A DNA stretch of 64,000 nucleotides, taken from positions 1-64,000 of the forward strand of contig JBNKUM010000030.1 of assembly GCA_050298595.1 (NCBI GenBank). The letters run 5' to 3'. Below the pieces are notes generated by a model that saw nothing but the letters and a program-made list of their open reading frames with translations, ran no database searches and was not told where the DNA came from. Position 1 is the first letter of the stretch; the number at the start of each line of letters is the position of its first letter. Origin of the DNA: Gammaproteobacteria bacterium (lineage in GTDB: Bacteria > Pseudomonadota > Gammaproteobacteria > GCA-001735895). A program made the position numbers and the translations under genes. Below, in pieces: positions 10,804 through 20,865 of the stretch.

Positions 10804-11757
10804 TTAATTTATTATTTTTTTTATTCTATATCCCTTATTCTTCTTAGCACTGGTGAAAATAATAGTTTCACCCACTAAACCAATTGCAATTAACTGGACT
10901 CCTAAGACAAAAAATAGGGCACATAATACAAGCAGAGGTCTATCTGCCGCCGAAATATTAAAAAATAATCTATCAATTGTAATATATCCCAGCCCAAATA
11001 AACCTATGAGTCCTGAAATAGCACCCCCAATACCAAAAAAACGTAAAGGCTTTTGATTAAACCTTGTTAGAAAACCTACTGTCAAAATATCAAGAGTACG
11101 GCTTAAATATGTTCGAGGATTATAAAGTCTTCTATGAGCATCTGATTTAGATTGAGGTATATTAATTTCAGTGGTTTTAAAACCTGCTTGATCAGCAAGT
11201 ACTTTAAAAAATCGATGCATATCACCATACAGCTTGATATCTTCAAAAACATACTTTTTTACAAGTCTGATACCCGAACCAGGATCCTTAGGACTTTCAA
11301 AAGCTATAAATTTAAATATCGCTCTGAAGACATGAAATTGTAATTTATTTAGGATAGGATCAATCCTTGGCCACCGATTGACTACCACAACATCATTATC
11401 ATCCATTGAGGCTAAGATTTGAGGTATATTAGATGCTTCTATTTGCTCATAAGGGGGCAAAGTTAAAATATATTCATATTTCGAGTGTTCCACTCCTATT
11501 TTCATTTCCCCTGCCTCACCATAGTTCCTATTGAGTACAACAATTCTGACAGGATTTTCTTTTGAATTAAGCTCATTCAAAGAGTCTTGAAAATGAGAGT
11601 ACTGAGGTGCTAATACGATGATGTATTCAATCGACATATCTAACTGAATCAGATTCGTTTGATAAGATTTTAATACATCTAGTAAATTTTCACCCCGTTC
11701 GCTGACAGATATCACTACACTAATGGCATCAATAAGAATATTGTTTTTTCCTTTCAT
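10804..11757 (-). CDS. GT2 (ArnC/GtrB-like) homologue lacking the DxD motif
   Basis: Collinear with the upstream GT2 (RNYGE, MHRF, C-terminal TM pair), but ILTLPPYEQ stands where VTMDGDLQ is expected. Confidence 0.75.
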   Translation of the reverse strand: MKGKNNILIDAISVVISVSERGENLLDVLKSYQTNLIQLDMSIEYIIVLAPQYSHFQDSLNELNSKENPVRIVVLNRNYGEAGEMKIGVEHSKYEYILTLPPYEQIEASNIPQILASMDDNDVVVVNRWPRIDPILNKLQFHVFRAIFKFIAFESPKDPGSGIRLVKKYVFEDIKLYGDMHRFFKVLADQAGFKTTEINIPQSKSDAHRRLYNPRTYLSRTLDILTVGFLTRFNQKPLRFFGIGGAISGLIGLFGLGYITIDRLFFNISAADRPLLVLCALFFVLGVQLIAIGLVGETIIFTSAKKNKGYRIKKIIN

Positions 11758-11758
11758 T

Positions 11759-12742
11759 TTAATTTTCCTTGCGTAGATCTAGAGACTTCACATCTAATAA
11801 CCGAAAGTCTCCCTTAAAATAAATCAATTCGCACATTATTCCCAAAGAAACCAAGAATACACCAAGGGAAGAGAATAATAATATGAGGGTTGAAATTATA
11901 AGGCTATTACCAGTAGCATCTACACCACCAGATAAGACCAAAATCACCAAAAATAAAGCCATGATTAGTGGCAACAAAGCAATTTTAAAGAACCAGCGAA
12001 TCGGGTGCTGGCCGAGTGATAATATTGTCTTAATAGTCAGCAAATCGATTAACACTTTATAAACCCTTGCTAATCCATATTTTGAGACTCCAAATTGCCT
12101 TGCATGATGTCGAACTTTTACCTCCGCAATTCTAACACCTGATAAAGATAATAAGGCGGGGATAAATCGATGCATCTCGTTATAAAAAGGAGAATTTTTA
12201 ATCACATCAGCTCTATAAACTTTCAAAGAGCACCCATTGTCTTTAATTGGCACTCCTGTAACCTTACCAATCAACCAGTTAGCAATCTTAGAGGGTATTT
12301 TACGAGATATCAGCTTATCTTGCCTTTTATATCTCCAACCAACAACTAGGTCATAGCCTTCATTGAGTTTATCAACCATCATTGGAATATCATCTGGATC
12401 ATTTTGCAAATCACCATCCATAGTAACCAAAATATCACCTCTGGCCAGATCGATACCTGCCGCCATGGCCGGGGTTTGACCATAATTGCGCCGAAACTCT
12501 ACAATTCTCAGATATTCATCTTGCGCGGCTAGACCACTGGCAACCATCAATGTATTATCAGAGCTGCCATCATCAATAAAGATTATTTCGTGATTAAGTT
12601 CTGTCTTAACCAGAGAGTCTTTGATTTTCTGGTAGAGCAACTGGACTGAATCTTCTTCATTATAAAGAGGTGCAATAACAGAAATTTCAATTTTTCTTTT
12701 GCTCATGGACTGAATTAGAATTATAAAATAATTAATGGACAA
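11759..12742 (-). CDS. GT2 polyprenol-phosphate glycosyltransferase (ArnC/GtrB/DPM-like)
   Basis: PLYNEE, DDGSSD, RRNYGQTPA, MDGDLQND and EMHRFIP motifs plus two C-terminal TM helices. Confidence 0.9.
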   Translation of the reverse strand: MSINYFIILIQSMSKRKIEISVIAPLYNEEDSVQLLYQKIKDSLVKTELNHEIIFIDDGSSDNTLMVASGLAAQDEYLRIVEFRRNYGQTPAMAAGIDLARGDILVTMDGDLQNDPDDIPMMVDKLNEGYDLVVGWRYKRQDKLISRKIPSKIANWLIGKVTGVPIKDNGCSLKVYRADVIKNSPFYNEMHRFIPALLSLSGVRIAEVKVRHHARQFGVSKYGLARVYKVLIDLLTIKTILSLGQHPIRWFFKIALLPLIMALFLVILVLSGGVDATGNSLIISTLILLFSSLGVFLVSLGIMCELIYFKGDFRLLDVKSLDLRKEN

Positions 12743-13119
12743 TACTATCGATCAAATAAACTATATCAATACAAATTTGTAAAATATTTGACTGAATCGA
12801 CACGAATTCCATTTGCAATGATATAAAGTCTAAAAATAATAATACTTAAAGATAAAATAACCACTAATTATCTGCGCAATCAGAAATTTTTTACGGCTAG
12901 TGGTTTAATTTACTCGAAACCCCAAAAAATAATTCTTTATACAAGATTTCAGTATCTTTTTCATTCAGGAACTTAGTGTAGTGCTTCAAATAAACTGAAG
13001 AATACTGTTGACTTTTGTATTCTTTTGAAATTCCTTTCTGTCAAATTATGAACAATGAGAATAGCAACAGCCATCAATTTACCTGAAGAAGAATACCAAA
13101 AAATCATCAAATTGCTCCA

Positions 13120-13345
13120 TAATGGTATCTAGTATGTTGACAATGTGGACAATAGAAACTAGTTGGCCAGCGTGAGGTTCCCCTGCAGATTCGCATAGCT
13201 TCCGAATGCCGTGAAGGCGGATAAATTCTGTTAAGGAGAGGCCTGGTTGTAACTGGATGAGGTTACGAGACATGATAATCTCCTGTGATTGACGATTGTC
13301 TCTATTATCAATCACTTAGTGACTCGTCACGTGAGTCAGCGGAAC
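13120..13345 (-). pseudogene. IS1595-family transposase N-terminal fragment
   Basis: ATG at 13273 gives MSRNLIQLQPGLSLTEF, then after a frameshift RWPTSFYCPHCQH (Zn-ribbon start), typical of IS1595 transposases. Truncated. Confidence 0.65.
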
Positions 13346-13384
13346 TTTATACGTAAGCAGTAAAATTCGTTTCCTAGGAGTCTG

Positions 13385-15089
13385 TCGGATTTGTTTTTCC
13401 TGTTCCAACTGATTCACGAGTTCAATGCTCGATAGGAAGCGTACGCGTTTCTGATGATGGTGTATGGCCTGCACATCAATGATCGTTGCCAGATGGGTTT
13501 TACCCGTTCCGTGGCCACCGACCAAAACCACACTCTGGGCTTCATCCATAAACTTAAAGCGATGCAAGGATTTAATCAGAGCTTCATTCACCTCACTTTG
13601 CATAAAGTCAAAACCAGAGAGGTCGCGATAAGCAAGTAAGATATCGACCTTCATCTTTCCAGTGCTTGAGTAATCGCATGTTCGACTTTTTCTTTATCAT
13701 GCTGTAACACCAGTGCCAACACCTCTACCATTTCACGATCACTGCCAGGATGTTTGAGCAGCTGATTTTATAACTGGAGGAAAGCTTCGAGTAATTCTTA
13801 GAAGGGTGCGAAGTTACGCAAGGCACCAGGCTTACGTTGATTACTGAGAGGTAATGACGTGACGCCAGTCATAGAGAGTTCTCCCCTGCTTATTGTGATC
13901 ACGCGTAGTCACACGTTCATGTTCAGAAACGATTTGAGCTTCAGTAACCACCACCAACCTGTCTGCGGCTTACCGGTCGGTTGGCGAAGGTAGATGGCAC
14001 CGAGTACCGATTGTTGTCGAAGGTGATGAGACAGGTGAAAGACACTCGCTTGCAGTATTCAACAAAACCATCAAAGGCAGTGGGTATCAACATTAGTTGG
14101 TCACGTTTCTCTCGCCAGACCTCCTCTATCGTTCGGCTTTTTATCTTCAGGGTGTTGGCAGTCTGTCCAGAGAACAAGACAGCGTTGTTCCAGTCATTCA
14201 AATCGTTCAGGGTCTGGAACGTTGGTGCACACAGCCAAATCCGATGACGTGAATCGCGCACGTTCTTCTCGATCTGTCCCTTCTCCCATCCAGCCGCCGG
14301 ATTACTGAACTCGGCTTCAATCAGGTAATGACTGACCATGGCCTGAAAGTGCGCATTCACAGTTCGATGCTTGCCACGGCCCACCTAGTCGACAGCGGTC
14401 TTCAGGTTGTCGTAGATACCGCGTTCAGGTATACCACCCAGCACACGGAAGGCATGCACGTGTGCATCGAACAACATCTCATGCGTCTGTAGTGGATAGG
14501 ATCGAAGGATAAACGCACGACTATGACGGAGCTTTAACTGTGCGATCTGTAATTAAGTATTTTGCCCAGCGATCTCGGCATAGTCTTCACTCCAGTCAAA
14601 CTGAAACGCTTCACCCGGTCCAAAGCTCATCGGTACATAGGTGCCGCGACTAGCCTGGTGACGTGCTTCCTGTTGATCCTTTCGCCAGTCAGGGGCAAAG
14701 ATCATATGAACCAGTATATCCCAGTTTAACCAGATCAAAAAACAGCTGTTTAATCTAACTTCGTTGTTTACGGCTACGTCGTAACTCGCGATGCAACCAG
14801 TTGTTCAGAGTGGCGGCATAATCATCCCGTTTGCTCTCACTTTTACGTTTGGGGTATTGCGGCTCCACTACCCCACTGTACCGTATTGAGAGACAGCCCA
14901 GTTCGTCGAACAACCTCTCGTATCGGCTTCCCTTCTCGATGATGCCAGCGTCGAATAAAACTTAATAATGCCACGTCTATCACTCCTCAATTTACTCCTG
15001 CACGTGAAATACAGGAGAGGATTACACGTGGGTCAATTTTCGGTGCAAATAACGTGGGTTAGCGGGTCAGTTTTGGATGCAATTCAACA
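13385..15089 (-). mobile_element. istA/istB: Degraded IS21-family element (frameshifted istA plus istB fragment)
   Basis: End TGTTGAATTGCATCCAAAACTGACCC at 15089 with a repeated internal site near 15030-15048. istA GTG at 14983 (VIDVALLSFIRRWH), then GEAFQFDWSED and WEKGQIEKNV in broken frames. istB piece RDLSGFDF..GGHGTGKTHLA..VNQLEQEK. Confidence 0.9.
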
Positions 15090-15278
15090 AACAGTAGAAT
15101 AAAAGAGACTGGACTGTCTCGTTATCAAATTCTAGTGATTTTATGGATTTCATTGAGAAATCCCTTCTATTCAATAAGATATGGATTTTCTGTCACGTTA
15201 TCATTGAATATATATCGTGACAGGGTCAAGTATTGCAGTGGTACAGGTATAGGAGAATGTGAACGACCGCTCCTGGTA

Positions 15279-15448
15279 CAGGTTGTGTGAAAACTCGCTT
15301 CAAACTGATCACACCAACAATATTTCTCACTACGGGGTAATTTTTCAGAAATATTTAGAGTTCAATTACCACAAAATATACGTAATTGATTCTATATAAG
15401 ACCCCATATTCCACTTGAAAAATTGGAAAATAGTTTTCACACAACCTG
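15279..15448. mobile_element. 170-bp MITE with IS1182-like ends
   Basis: Perfect 17-bp TIR CAGGTTGTGTGAAAACT (15279-15295) / AGTTTTCACACAACCTG (15432-15448), flanked by the 4-bp direct repeat GGTA (15275-78, 15449-52). Confidence 0.8.
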
Positions 15449-15590
15449 GGTACCATGCGGCATATAGCAATGCACCAAACCAATGTCTGCTATTTCATAG
15501 CCCATCTACAGCTAATGTTACAAAAAAATCTTACCGCAAATACAAGAATGACTCGACAAATTCTATTGATGGATAAACTGGGGTATATGA

Positions 15591-16199
15591 TCAACTAGCC
15601 AGATTCCATCGCAGCAAATCTCTGCGGGATAATTTTTTCCCTACCGTATCTTGAACGTCAGCAGTGTTAAGGTCACTTGATGATTCAGCCAGCACAGGCT
15701 CAATTTCATCAAACTGACTAAGATCAATATCCGAGGTGTCTTCCCCCTTCATCACCCGGCCCAATAACTCTTCATCCACCAGATCTTCTTCCGTCGGTTT
15801 TGTTTCTACCATCAATCCATCGAGAAAATCCTGCGCTACCTGCACGGCCTGTTGATGAGTGGAAAAATCTCGCATGGGTGAACACATTGAATAGGTCTGA
15901 CAGGGGCCGATACCTTCGATATCGTTGATCATGAATTTATAGCTACGCGATGGAAACTCATGCGGTTGTTTATGACCCAGCGCCATCTGGCTCCAGTCTT
16001 CGCCCTCGGCAGGTAGTAATACCAGATTCATTAGCCAGGGCGTTATGATCACACCCAGCACTCGCCCCTGCCACTCCTGAAAACCCAGCGCCTGTACATC
16101 AATTGCCGGATTAAGAATCGGTATACCCTGCATATTCTCTTTATGAATACGCTTAAAGCTCTGTTCCAGTGTGTCACTAATCTGCTGTAAGTTATTCAT
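15591..16199 (-). CDS. hybE: [NiFe]-hydrogenase assembly chaperone HybE/HupJ family
   Basis: MQGIPILNP and GVIITPWLMNLV motifs, C-terminal SRRDLL; last gene of the hyb operon. Confidence 0.88.
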   Translation of the reverse strand: MNNLQQISDTLEQSFKRIHKENMQGIPILNPAIDVQALGFQEWQGRVLGVIITPWLMNLVLLPAEGEDWSQMALGHKQPHEFPSRSYKFMINDIEGIGPCQTYSMCSPMRDFSTHQQAVQVAQDFLDGLMVETKPTEEDLVDEELLGRVMKGEDTSDIDLSQFDEIEPVLAESSSDLNTADVQDTVGKKLSRRDLLRWNLAS

Positions 16200-16471
16200 T
16201 GTTCACCGCCCAGTCCGGGAAAATAATGGTCGATATCCACATCCTTTGCACCTGACATGATTTCGCTTAATCCATCCAGTGCCTTATTGATATTGATTGC
16301 ATCGTCCTCAGAGATCACTTCACGCGCAGAGCCCAGAAAGTTGAGCACCCAGCTACCCTCAGGTTGAGGGCCTATCAACATCATATTGACGCGCTCTTCA
16401 CCATTACGTCCCCGACATAAAGCCATCAGCTCGCCTGCCTCGATTATCTGAACCGGTACGCCTATGCACAT
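16196..16471 (-). CDS. hypC: HypC/HybG/HupF hydrogenase chaperone
   Basis: N-terminal MCIGVP motif; 91 aa. Confidence 0.9.
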   Translation of the reverse strand: MCIGVPVQIIEAGELMALCRGRNGEERVNMMLIGPQPEGSWVLNFLGSAREVISEDDAININKALDGLSEIMSGAKDVDIDHYFPGLGGEQ

Positions 16472-17010
16472 GCGACTTCCCGTTCAGCTTCGCGGCGCCA
16501 ATGACCGACGATTCTTTCATCTCTGGGTTTCAGCTCAACACCCATCGCTGCCAGTTCAGAAACCAGCATCTCTACCATTGCATCCAGTCCGGCTTCGGCT
16601 TCTGCGGTCAAGCCCAGTTTGTTTTCCAGCGAATGCGGCACCATGCCAATAATCGCCACATGCTCAGGTACTTCCCCTTTTAACATCAATAAGGCCAGCA
16701 GGTCAGAAAGACCCAGCTGGTGATTGGAGAGCTTGGTCTGGAAGAAGGCAGGAATTTCTTCGTTGGCAATACGTACCAACGTGCCATAGGCATCACCGGT
16801 ATTGATTGCATCCGCCACCAGCAACTGGTCACAGTTGCGGATCGGCTCGAACAGCTCCATGCCGGTAGTTCCTCCATCCACCACTTTCACATTTGGCGGA
16901 ATGATATAGCGGTTTTCCAGCTCTTCTACTGCTCGTACTCCGACACCTTCGTCCTGCATCAGTACGTTACCCATGCCGATAATGAGTATCTTTTTTTCAC
17001 TCTGCCCCAT
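16462..17010 (-). CDS. hybD: Hydrogenase maturation endopeptidase
   Basis: GMGNVLMQDEGVGV, VDGGT and SNHQLGL motifs. Confidence 0.92.
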   Translation of the reverse strand: MGQSEKKILIIGMGNVLMQDEGVGVRAVEELENRYIIPPNVKVVDGGTTGMELFEPIRNCDQLLVADAINTGDAYGTLVRIANEEIPAFFQTKLSNHQLGLSDLLALLMLKGEVPEHVAIIGMVPHSLENKLGLTAEAEAGLDAMVEMLVSELAAMGVELKPRDERIVGHWRREAEREVACA

Positions 17011-17027
17011 ATTAACAGTCCTCGTAA

Positions 17028-18731
17028 TTACAGCGCCTTGACCTTAACGATTTCTTTCTGCTCAGTATCCACCATGTGAATAGCACAGGCGATACAGGGG
17101 TCGAAGGAATGTACGGTACGTAATACTTCCAGCGGCCTTTCAGGATCTGCAACCGGGTTATCCATCAAGGATGATTCGTAGGGACCAATCTGCCCATCTG
17201 CATCACGTGGACCCGCATTCCAGGTACTGGGTACCACGGCCTGATAGTTTTTGATCTTACCATTTTCAATAACCACCCAGTGCGACAGCGTGCCGCGTGG
17301 CGCCTGATGGAAACCTACACCCTTGATTTCCTCTTTAGGGAATACCGGTGCATTGAAGGTATCCAGGTCACCGGTGCCAATATTATCGACCAGTCGCTGC
17401 CAGAGATCATGCAGTGTATCGATCATTACACCACAACGGATAGCACGTGCTGCGTGACGTCCAATAGTTGAATTAACTGCAGTCAATGGGATATCAGGGT
17501 TCTTCGAAACACCCTTTAGGATATCAATCGTCTGGTTCAGGTATTTAGTATAACCATCATGACCACTGGCCACACCAACCAGTACGTCAGCCAGTGGCCC
17601 AACTTCTGCACGCTTACCATAAAAGGTTGGAGCCTTAACCCATGAGTACTGACCTTCATCCTGGAAGTCGGTGTAGTCAGGCTCGGTTTCACCATCCCAT
17701 GGGTGCAGTGCTGCGTCCCCTTTATACCAGGAATGTTTGGAACTCTCTGCCACACCATCACGGAAGTAGGCATCGCCAAAGGTCTTGATCGGCTTGATCG
17801 TTGACATGTCGGCATTGTCTATATAACCACCCGGTAGCAGAAATTCATTACCGCTGGTATCGATTGGACAATCTGGAACGGTCAGGTAGTTATTCACGCC
17901 GCCACCGATACCGGCCCAGTCCAGATAGAAAGCACCGATGGCAGGCACATCAGTCATATAGGTCGATTTGATAAAATGATCGAGCTTATCGATAAAGCCT
18001 TTAATCAACATCAGACGTTCAATATTCAACACCGACGGAGCATCATGACCGATAGAGTTACTCACGCCGCCTACGGCAACATTTTGAATATGTGGGCTTT
18101 TACCACCCAGAATCGCAACAATCTTGTTGGCATGGTTCTGAATATCCAGCGCCTGTAAATAATGGGCCACAGCCAGCAGGTTCACCTCTGGTGACAGCTT
18201 CATAGCAGGATGCCCCCAGAAACCACTGGCGAAAGGACCTAGCTGACCACTGCCGACAAAGGTTTTCAGGCGTTCCTGTACCGCTTTCATTTCATGCGGT
18301 CCATTCAGCGACCAGTCGGACAGAGATTCCGCAAGTTTGGCGGTTGCTACCGGGTCGGCATCCAGTGCTGAAACCACATCCACCCAATCCACTGCAGATA
18401 GATGATAGAAATGCACGATATGATCCTGAATCGCATGCGCGGTCTGGATGATATTTCGAATCAGCTGAGCATTCAGTGGTACTTCCAGATTCAGCGCATT
18501 CTCAACCGCGCGCACCGAAGTGATAGCATGCACCGTAGTGCAAACACCGCAGAAGCGTTGGGTATAGGACCAGGCTTCACGCGGATCACGTCCAATCAGA
18601 ATCTGTTCAATTCCGCGCCACATCTGACCGGAGGACCAGGCCTTGCTTACCTTGCCATTATCAACTTCAACATCAATTCGAAGATGCCCTTCGATACGAG
18701 TAATCGGGTCAACTGTAATACGTGTAGTCAC
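17028..18731 (-). CDS. hybC: [NiFe]-hydrogenase-2-type large subunit
   Basis: L1 motif QRFCGVCT and L2 motif SFDPCIACAIH (all Cys, no Sec), followed by a cleavable C-terminal tail. Confidence 0.96.
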   Translation of the reverse strand: MTTRITVDPITRIEGHLRIDVEVDNGKVSKAWSSGQMWRGIEQILIGRDPREAWSYTQRFCGVCTTVHAITSVRAVENALNLEVPLNAQLIRNIIQTAHAIQDHIVHFYHLSAVDWVDVVSALDADPVATAKLAESLSDWSLNGPHEMKAVQERLKTFVGSGQLGPFASGFWGHPAMKLSPEVNLLAVAHYLQALDIQNHANKIVAILGGKSPHIQNVAVGGVSNSIGHDAPSVLNIERLMLIKGFIDKLDHFIKSTYMTDVPAIGAFYLDWAGIGGGVNNYLTVPDCPIDTSGNEFLLPGGYIDNADMSTIKPIKTFGDAYFRDGVAESSKHSWYKGDAALHPWDGETEPDYTDFQDEGQYSWVKAPTFYGKRAEVGPLADVLVGVASGHDGYTKYLNQTIDILKGVSKNPDIPLTAVNSTIGRHAARAIRCGVMIDTLHDLWQRLVDNIGTGDLDTFNAPVFPKEEIKGVGFHQAPRGTLSHWVVIENGKIKNYQAVVPSTWNAGPRDADGQIGPYESSLMDNPVADPERPLEVLRTVHSFDPCIACAIHMVDTEQKEIVKVKAL

Positions 18732-18749
18732 TTATTAAATCTCCTATGT

Positions 18750-19889
18750 TTATACATGCTGTTCGCGATGCATGACGGGCAAAATCTTAACCAGTACCAT
18801 GTAAACCATGATTTCGAAGGCAATAACGCCCAACGTAATAATGATCTCAGGTACCGATGGAAAATAATTGAAACCCGGGCCCGGGTTAAAGGTCAGTAGA
18901 AAGGCATCGAATCGATACAGTGATCCAGCCATCAACAGGCTGACCGCAGCAATCAATAACTGACTGCCGCGCTCGCATCTGGCCGGTGATCGCAGAATGA
19001 TCAGCGGCACAATAAAGAGCAGGGTCTCGACAATGAACATCAGCGATGCAAAGTCAGCTGAGAAGATCATCCCCAATTTGCCCTGCAGCAATAACACCAC
19101 AAAACGTACCAGCAAAAATACCAGCAACAGGCCGATAATGACCTTATTCAGTTTTGCCAGCAAAGAGACTTCCGATGGACGTCTGAACCCAATGGCTGAA
19201 AAAGAAGCCTCGAAGATGACGATAGAAAATCCCATCAGTAATGCCGTTAACAGCGCCAGTAAGGGTTGCATATGCTGTACCTGCCATAGCGGGTGAACCT
19301 TATGCCCCATTGCAATCAGTAATGAGCCGAGCGAAGACTGGTGCATGCTTGGCAGCAATATACCCAGCGCAATAAACAGGAACAAAACCTTATTTAGCGC
19401 CTTCAATAGCCCCTGCATACCCAGCCGTTCCAGTAGTGCCGGAGCAAACTCCAGCGCCAGCACAATGATATACAGTGCCACACAAAGACCGACCTCCAGC
19501 ATCACTGAATTGAAGTTCCAGTTACCGGGCATAAATATTTCGTAGAACTGCCAGAAGCGCCCCATATCAAAAAAGGCTCCAAAGGCGCCCATCGCATAAC
19601 CGAGGACGCTAGCGAGTATTGCAGGGCGAACCAGTGGGTGATACTGGCCCTTGTTAAATACATACACCATAAAGGCCAATGCATAACCGCCACAGGCAAA
19701 CGCCGTGCCTATGACCACATCGTAGACCACCCAGATACCCCAGGCGAAACCACCATTCAGGTTACTCACCGAGGCAATGCCTGAACTAAACCGTTCAACC
19801 ATAAAGACACAACCGGCGGCAAAAATAGCCAGCAGTATGAAAAAAGGCAGGGTGAATATGCGTCCACCTAAAGCCTGATGATTACTCAT
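18750..19889 (-). CDS. hybB: Hydrogenase-2 NrfD-like membrane subunit
   Basis: Polytopic membrane protein with WGIW..DV...A.ACGG and LPSMHQSSLG motifs. Confidence 0.92.
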   Translation of the reverse strand: MSNHQALGGRIFTLPFFILLAIFAAGCVFMVERFSSGIASVSNLNGGFAWGIWVVYDVVIGTAFACGGYALAFMVYVFNKGQYHPLVRPAILASVLGYAMGAFGAFFDMGRFWQFYEIFMPGNWNFNSVMLEVGLCVALYIIVLALEFAPALLERLGMQGLLKALNKVLFLFIALGILLPSMHQSSLGSLLIAMGHKVHPLWQVQHMQPLLALLTALLMGFSIVIFEASFSAIGFRRPSEVSLLAKLNKVIIGLLLVFLLVRFVVLLLQGKLGMIFSADFASLMFIVETLLFIVPLIILRSPARCERGSQLLIAAVSLLMAGSLYRFDAFLLTFNPGPGFNYFPSVPEIIITLGVIAFEIMVYMVLVKILPVMHREQHV

Positions 19890-20857
19890 TCCTCACCTCC
19901 TTCATCGTCATCTTTGGTATTGCGTCTAACCGTATAGGTCAGACCCGCCAATGCCAACGCCGGCAAAGCCATAAAGCCATACACCGAATGCTGTACCGTT
20001 TCAGCGATTGATGCTGCCGAACGCTCTTCCAGTGGCGGCATACCCAGCTTATCGAAAGGCACTGCAGAGATATGCATCACATTGGTACCGCCCGCTTCCT
20101 TCTCACCCCATACATGCTGCTGGTATGTCGGCACCTGTTTTTCGTGATGACTGTATGGCTTGCGTACATCACCACGTGGATAGTTATAGGTCTCGCCTGG
20201 CTTCAATTGCATGCGACGTTTGGCTTCTGCCAGCAATGCCTCACGCGAGCCGAATAAGGTCGCACCGGTTGGACAGACTTCAGCACAGCCAGTCATCTGA
20301 CCCTTGCTGATACGCTCAACGCCAGCCTGATTACACATCTGACATTTCTGTATCTGACCAAATAATTCGTTGTACTGGAACTGTGGCACGTTATATGGAC
20401 AGCCCATCGTGCAGTTCCGGCAACCAATACACACGTCAGGATGATGAGTCACAATACCGGTGACCTTGTCCTGACGCATGGCGGTACAGGGGCAGACCGA
20501 CACACAGCCCGGATCAACGCAATGCATACAGCTGCGTTTCTCGAAACAGAAACCATTGATTTCTGAATCCTTGAGCTTGCCATCGCCCTCTTTATATACC
20601 TTGATCACATTCAAGGTTTGACCGGACAGGTCTCGTGCAGAATCCCAGGTTGTATTATCGCCATCAATGACTGGCGGCATATCATTCACTTCCTTGCACT
20701 TGCTGACGCATGCCTTGCAGCCAACACACAGGGTTGAGTCAAACAGCATACCGACCGCCTGTGGCGCCGGTTCCAGATTTGAGCGTGCCTCGACAGTACT
20801 GCACAGCGTTGCTGCGGTACCGCCCAGAGTCGCTTTGAGAAAATCTCTACGTTTCAT
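19886..20857 (-). CDS. hybA: Hydrogenase-2 4x[4Fe-4S] subunit, Tat substrate
   Basis: MKRRDFLK signal; CVGCKAC, CMHCVDPGCVSVCP, CIGCRNC and CAEVCP motifs; C-terminal TM helix. Confidence 0.93.
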   Translation of the reverse strand: MKRRDFLKATLGGTAATLCSTVEARSNLEPAPQAVGMLFDSTLCVGCKACVSKCKEVNDMPPVIDGDNTTWDSARDLSGQTLNVIKVYKEGDGKLKDSEINGFCFEKRSCMHCVDPGCVSVCPCTAMRQDKVTGIVTHHPDVCIGCRNCTMGCPYNVPQFQYNELFGQIQKCQMCNQAGVERISKGQMTGCAEVCPTGATLFGSREALLAEAKRRMQLKPGETYNYPRGDVRKPYSHHEKQVPTYQQHVWGEKEAGGTNVMHISAVPFDKLGMPPLEERSAASIAETVQHSVYGFMALPALALAGLTYTVRRNTKDDDEGGEE

Positions 20858-20865
20858 AACGCCCC

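Noticed and set aside
17028-18731. [NiFeSe] hydrogenase suggested by the adjacent selD
   Set aside because: The L2 motif is DPCIAC with Cys codons and there is no in-frame TGA.
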